Positions 62,219 to 64,000 of a stretch of DNA of 64,000 bases are shown piece by piece (within the stretch, counting starts at the first letter, position 1; every line of letters begins with the position of its first letter). The notes beneath the pieces were generated by a model. It searched no databases, was not told the origin of the DNA, and saw nothing but the letters and a program-made list of their open reading frames with translations. The stretch covers positions 26,603 through 90,602 of IMG/VR virus record IMGVR_UViG_2932588108_000002. One strand, given 5' to 3'. The translations under genes were made by a program, and so were the position numbers. This DNA is from a virus. Lineage: Duplodnaviria > Caudoviricetes.

Positions 62219-62854
62219 ATGGGCGACCTCTACCAGTCCTACGGCGAGATGGCCGGCGGCCAGATCGAGGGCATCGACTACCAACGGATCTGGCGCGTCT
62301 CCCAGGTCTCCACCCTGCTGCACCTGGCCATCCACGGGGGCGGTATCGAGACCGGCACGACCGAACTCGCCGACGCGGCCGCGGCCGACGTCCACGACTT
62401 CTACAGCTTGGACGCCTTCAAGCCCTCCGGCACCAACAGCGACTTGCACATCACGTCGACCCGGTACGACGAGCCGCAGGCCCTCGCCATGGCGCAGGCC
62501 GCCACGCACATCGTGTCGTGGCACGGCGCATCGGGCACCACGGCGTTCACGTATTTGGGTGGGTTGGACTTCAACCTCCGTGACCAGATCGGCCAGTGCC
62601 TGCGGGACGCGGGGTTCACCGTGCAGCTCGCCACCGAGGAGCTGAACGGCAACGACTCCAAGAACATCTGCAACCGGAGTAGCCGCGGCATGGGCGTCCA
62701 GCTCGAGATCAGCACCACTCAGCGCGCCGCGTTCTTCGCCAACGGCGACATGACCCGGGCCAACCGGAAGAACACCACCGCGGCGTTCACGTCGTACGTC
62801 AACGCGGTCAAGCTGGGCGTCTCCAAGGCTCTCGTAGTCGCTGGGGCAGGCTGA
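62219..62854 (+). CDS. Poly-gamma-glutamate hydrolase family protein (DUF867/PghP-like)
   Basis: EGIDY, AIHGGGIETGTTELA, LHITSTRYDEP, VSWHG, NICNR..GMGVQLEIS; AAAGGAG RBS. Confidence 0.85.
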   Translation: MGDLYQSYGEMAGGQIEGIDYQRIWRVSQVSTLLHLAIHGGGIETGTTELADAAAADVHDFYSLDAFKPSGTNSDLHITSTRYDEPQALAMAQAATHIVSWHGASGTTAFTYLGGLDFNLRDQIGQCLRDAGFTVQLATEELNGNDSKNICNRSSRGMGVQLEISTTQRAAFFANGDMTRANRKNTTAAFTSYVNAVKLGVSKALVVAGAG

Positions 62855-62856
62855 CC

Positions 62857-63192
62857 ATGGCCGTCGTCCTCCCGAACGTCCTGCTAACCGTGTACGTTCT
62901 CGCCCACCCCTGGGGCCGGGACGCCAACGGTGTGCCCGTCCCCCCGAACCCGAACCAGAAGCCGGCCCCGCGCGGCACCTGGCCCGGGTCGGTTCTCCGG
63001 CAGGACGACGGCTCATGGACCGTACGGCTCGACCCGCAGGCCTGGCCGGTCAAGGAGGGCGACACCATCAGCGACGAGACCGGCCAGTCCTGGACGCTGA
63101 CGGGCACCCCCCGCAACCACGCCGTGCCCGGTTGCCCGGATGTCGACTACGTCCAGGCCACCGCGACCCTCAACCCTCCCGAGGTGCTGTGA
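62857..63192 (+). CDS. Probable head-completion (stopper-like) protein
   Basis: Beta-rich 111 aa, RDANG..., VKEGDTI...WTLTGTP; assigned by position and pattern. Confidence 0.5.
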   Translation: MAVVLPNVLLTVYVLAHPWGRDANGVPVPPNPNQKPAPRGTWPGSVLRQDDGSWTVRLDPQAWPVKEGDTISDETGQSWTLTGTPRNHAVPGCPDVDYVQATATLNPPEVL

Positions 63193-63193
63193 G

Positions 63194-63724
63194 ATGGCCA
63201 AGTTCACGCCGAACCAGGGTCTCGAGGAGGCACTGGCCCGCCTGATCGCCCCGGCCGTGCAGCGCGTCGCGCACCAGGTCGAGATTGAGGCGAAGCGGCT
63301 GGCCCCGCCCACCAAGCGATGGGTAACCGTCGGCGACGACAGGGTCCGCCCCACCCACGTCGCGGCCCAGGGCCAGGAGGTCCCCGGAAACCTGCGCTTC
63401 TCGATCAACTCCATGGAGTGGGACATCAAGCACCGCGGCGTGGGCGCGCATACCTACATGCTCGAGCCCCGCGACGAGAGCTCCCGGGCCGTGGCCAACC
63501 TCAAGAACTGCCGCTGTACGACGCACAAGGACCCGGAGGGCATCGCCCGGCACATCAACACGGGGCAGCCGGTCGTGGCCGGGAAGAAGGTCACCGTCAC
63601 CGTGTCCGTACAGGCCCCGAAGGTCGTCGAGGCCGAGGTGGGCACCGTCTACCCGGGCAACCTGCGCGCGGACGGCGCAAATTTCATGTCCCGCGCGGCC
63701 GCCATCGTCGCCGCCCGCCGATGA
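63194..63724 (+). CDS. gp10-like head-tail protein with an inserted MuF-type motif
   Basis: EAKRLAPP...RWVTVGDDRVRPTH...NCRC...AEVGT...NFMSRA. Confidence 0.6.
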   Translation: MAKFTPNQGLEEALARLIAPAVQRVAHQVEIEAKRLAPPTKRWVTVGDDRVRPTHVAAQGQEVPGNLRFSINSMEWDIKHRGVGAHTYMLEPRDESSRAVANLKNCRCTTHKDPEGIARHINTGQPVVAGKKVTVTVSVQAPKVVEAEVGTVYPGNLRADGANFMSRAAAIVAARR

Positions 63725-63727
63725 CCC

Positions 63728-64000
63728 CTACTGAGCTACCCGGTCGATGTCACGGAGGATCGAGTCAAGGTTAGCGATGAAGAGTGCCCAGCCGGCGAAG
63801 GCCATCGCATCCTCCTGCAACGCCTTTCTTGCTGCCACACGCTGGGTAGGGCTACCGCGTTCGAGGTCGCGCACTTGGCGGTCCAGATTCTCGAAGTACC
63901 AGATGAGACCCTGCCGGTTGATCCTTGCAAGCCGCTCATGCGCGTTCCGAATTACCCGATACCGCTCAAGAGGCATCCATGCCAGTCCCGTGCCCGCCAC
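63728..64000 (-). CDS. 3' part of a hypothetical protein on the opposite strand
   Basis: Open frame running to the window edge, convergent with the structural genes. Confidence 0.4.
   Translation of the reverse strand: MAGTGLAWMPLERYRVIRNAHERLARINRQGLIWYFENLDRQVRDLERGSPTQRVAARKALQEDAMAFAGWALFIANLDSILRDIDRVAQ

Larger units (their letters stand above)
30774..63724 (+). mobile_element. Phage head-morphogenesis module of a prophage or phage-plasmid
   Basis: Portal, protease, HK97 capsid and head-completion genes, co-oriented with a shared promoter motif. Confidence 0.85.

Noticed and set aside
1-64000. CRISPR arrays, tRNA/rRNA, reverse transcriptase or DGR, IS transposases
   Set aside because: No regular repeat-spacer array, cloverleaf, RT or DDE motif seen by eye; a short ncRNA could be missed.

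Overview
High-GC actinobacterial DNA, Streptomyces-like (gene families and in-frame TTA codons), that reads as part of a large mobile element (prophage or phage-plasmid). 1-7.7 kb: a BsuBI/PstI-type restriction-modification pair, and a minus-strand operon with two paralogous unknown proteins flanking a HEPN-Zn-ribbon gene and ending in a Cre-like tyrosine recombinase. 8-17 kb: small accessory genes and two HTH/TPR regulators around a candidate new RiPP cassette (56-aa peptide absent from the ORF track, hairpin, JmjC oxygenase, aldo-keto reductase, APH-like kinase). 17.5-30.7 kb: an FxLD class I lanthipeptide cluster (LanA, split LanB, LanC, FxlM O-methyltransferase, ABC transporter, MazG, MTase-NUDIX). 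30.8-64 kb: an HK97-type head module with portal-MuF fusion, a ~5,670-aa DarB-like (N6-MTase + SNF2 helicase) polyvalent protein with a TnpV-like gene nested in another frame, protease-NUDIX-scaffold fusion, major capsid, and head-completion genes. The head genes share a G(C/G)GAC-N19-CAnnnT promoter-like motif and short protein motifs (ExK, TVxLxxDEV) suggesting a capsid cargo-loading and processing code. No rRNA, tRNA, CRISPR, terminase or tail genes were seen. Family calls are from motif recognition by eye, with no database searches.
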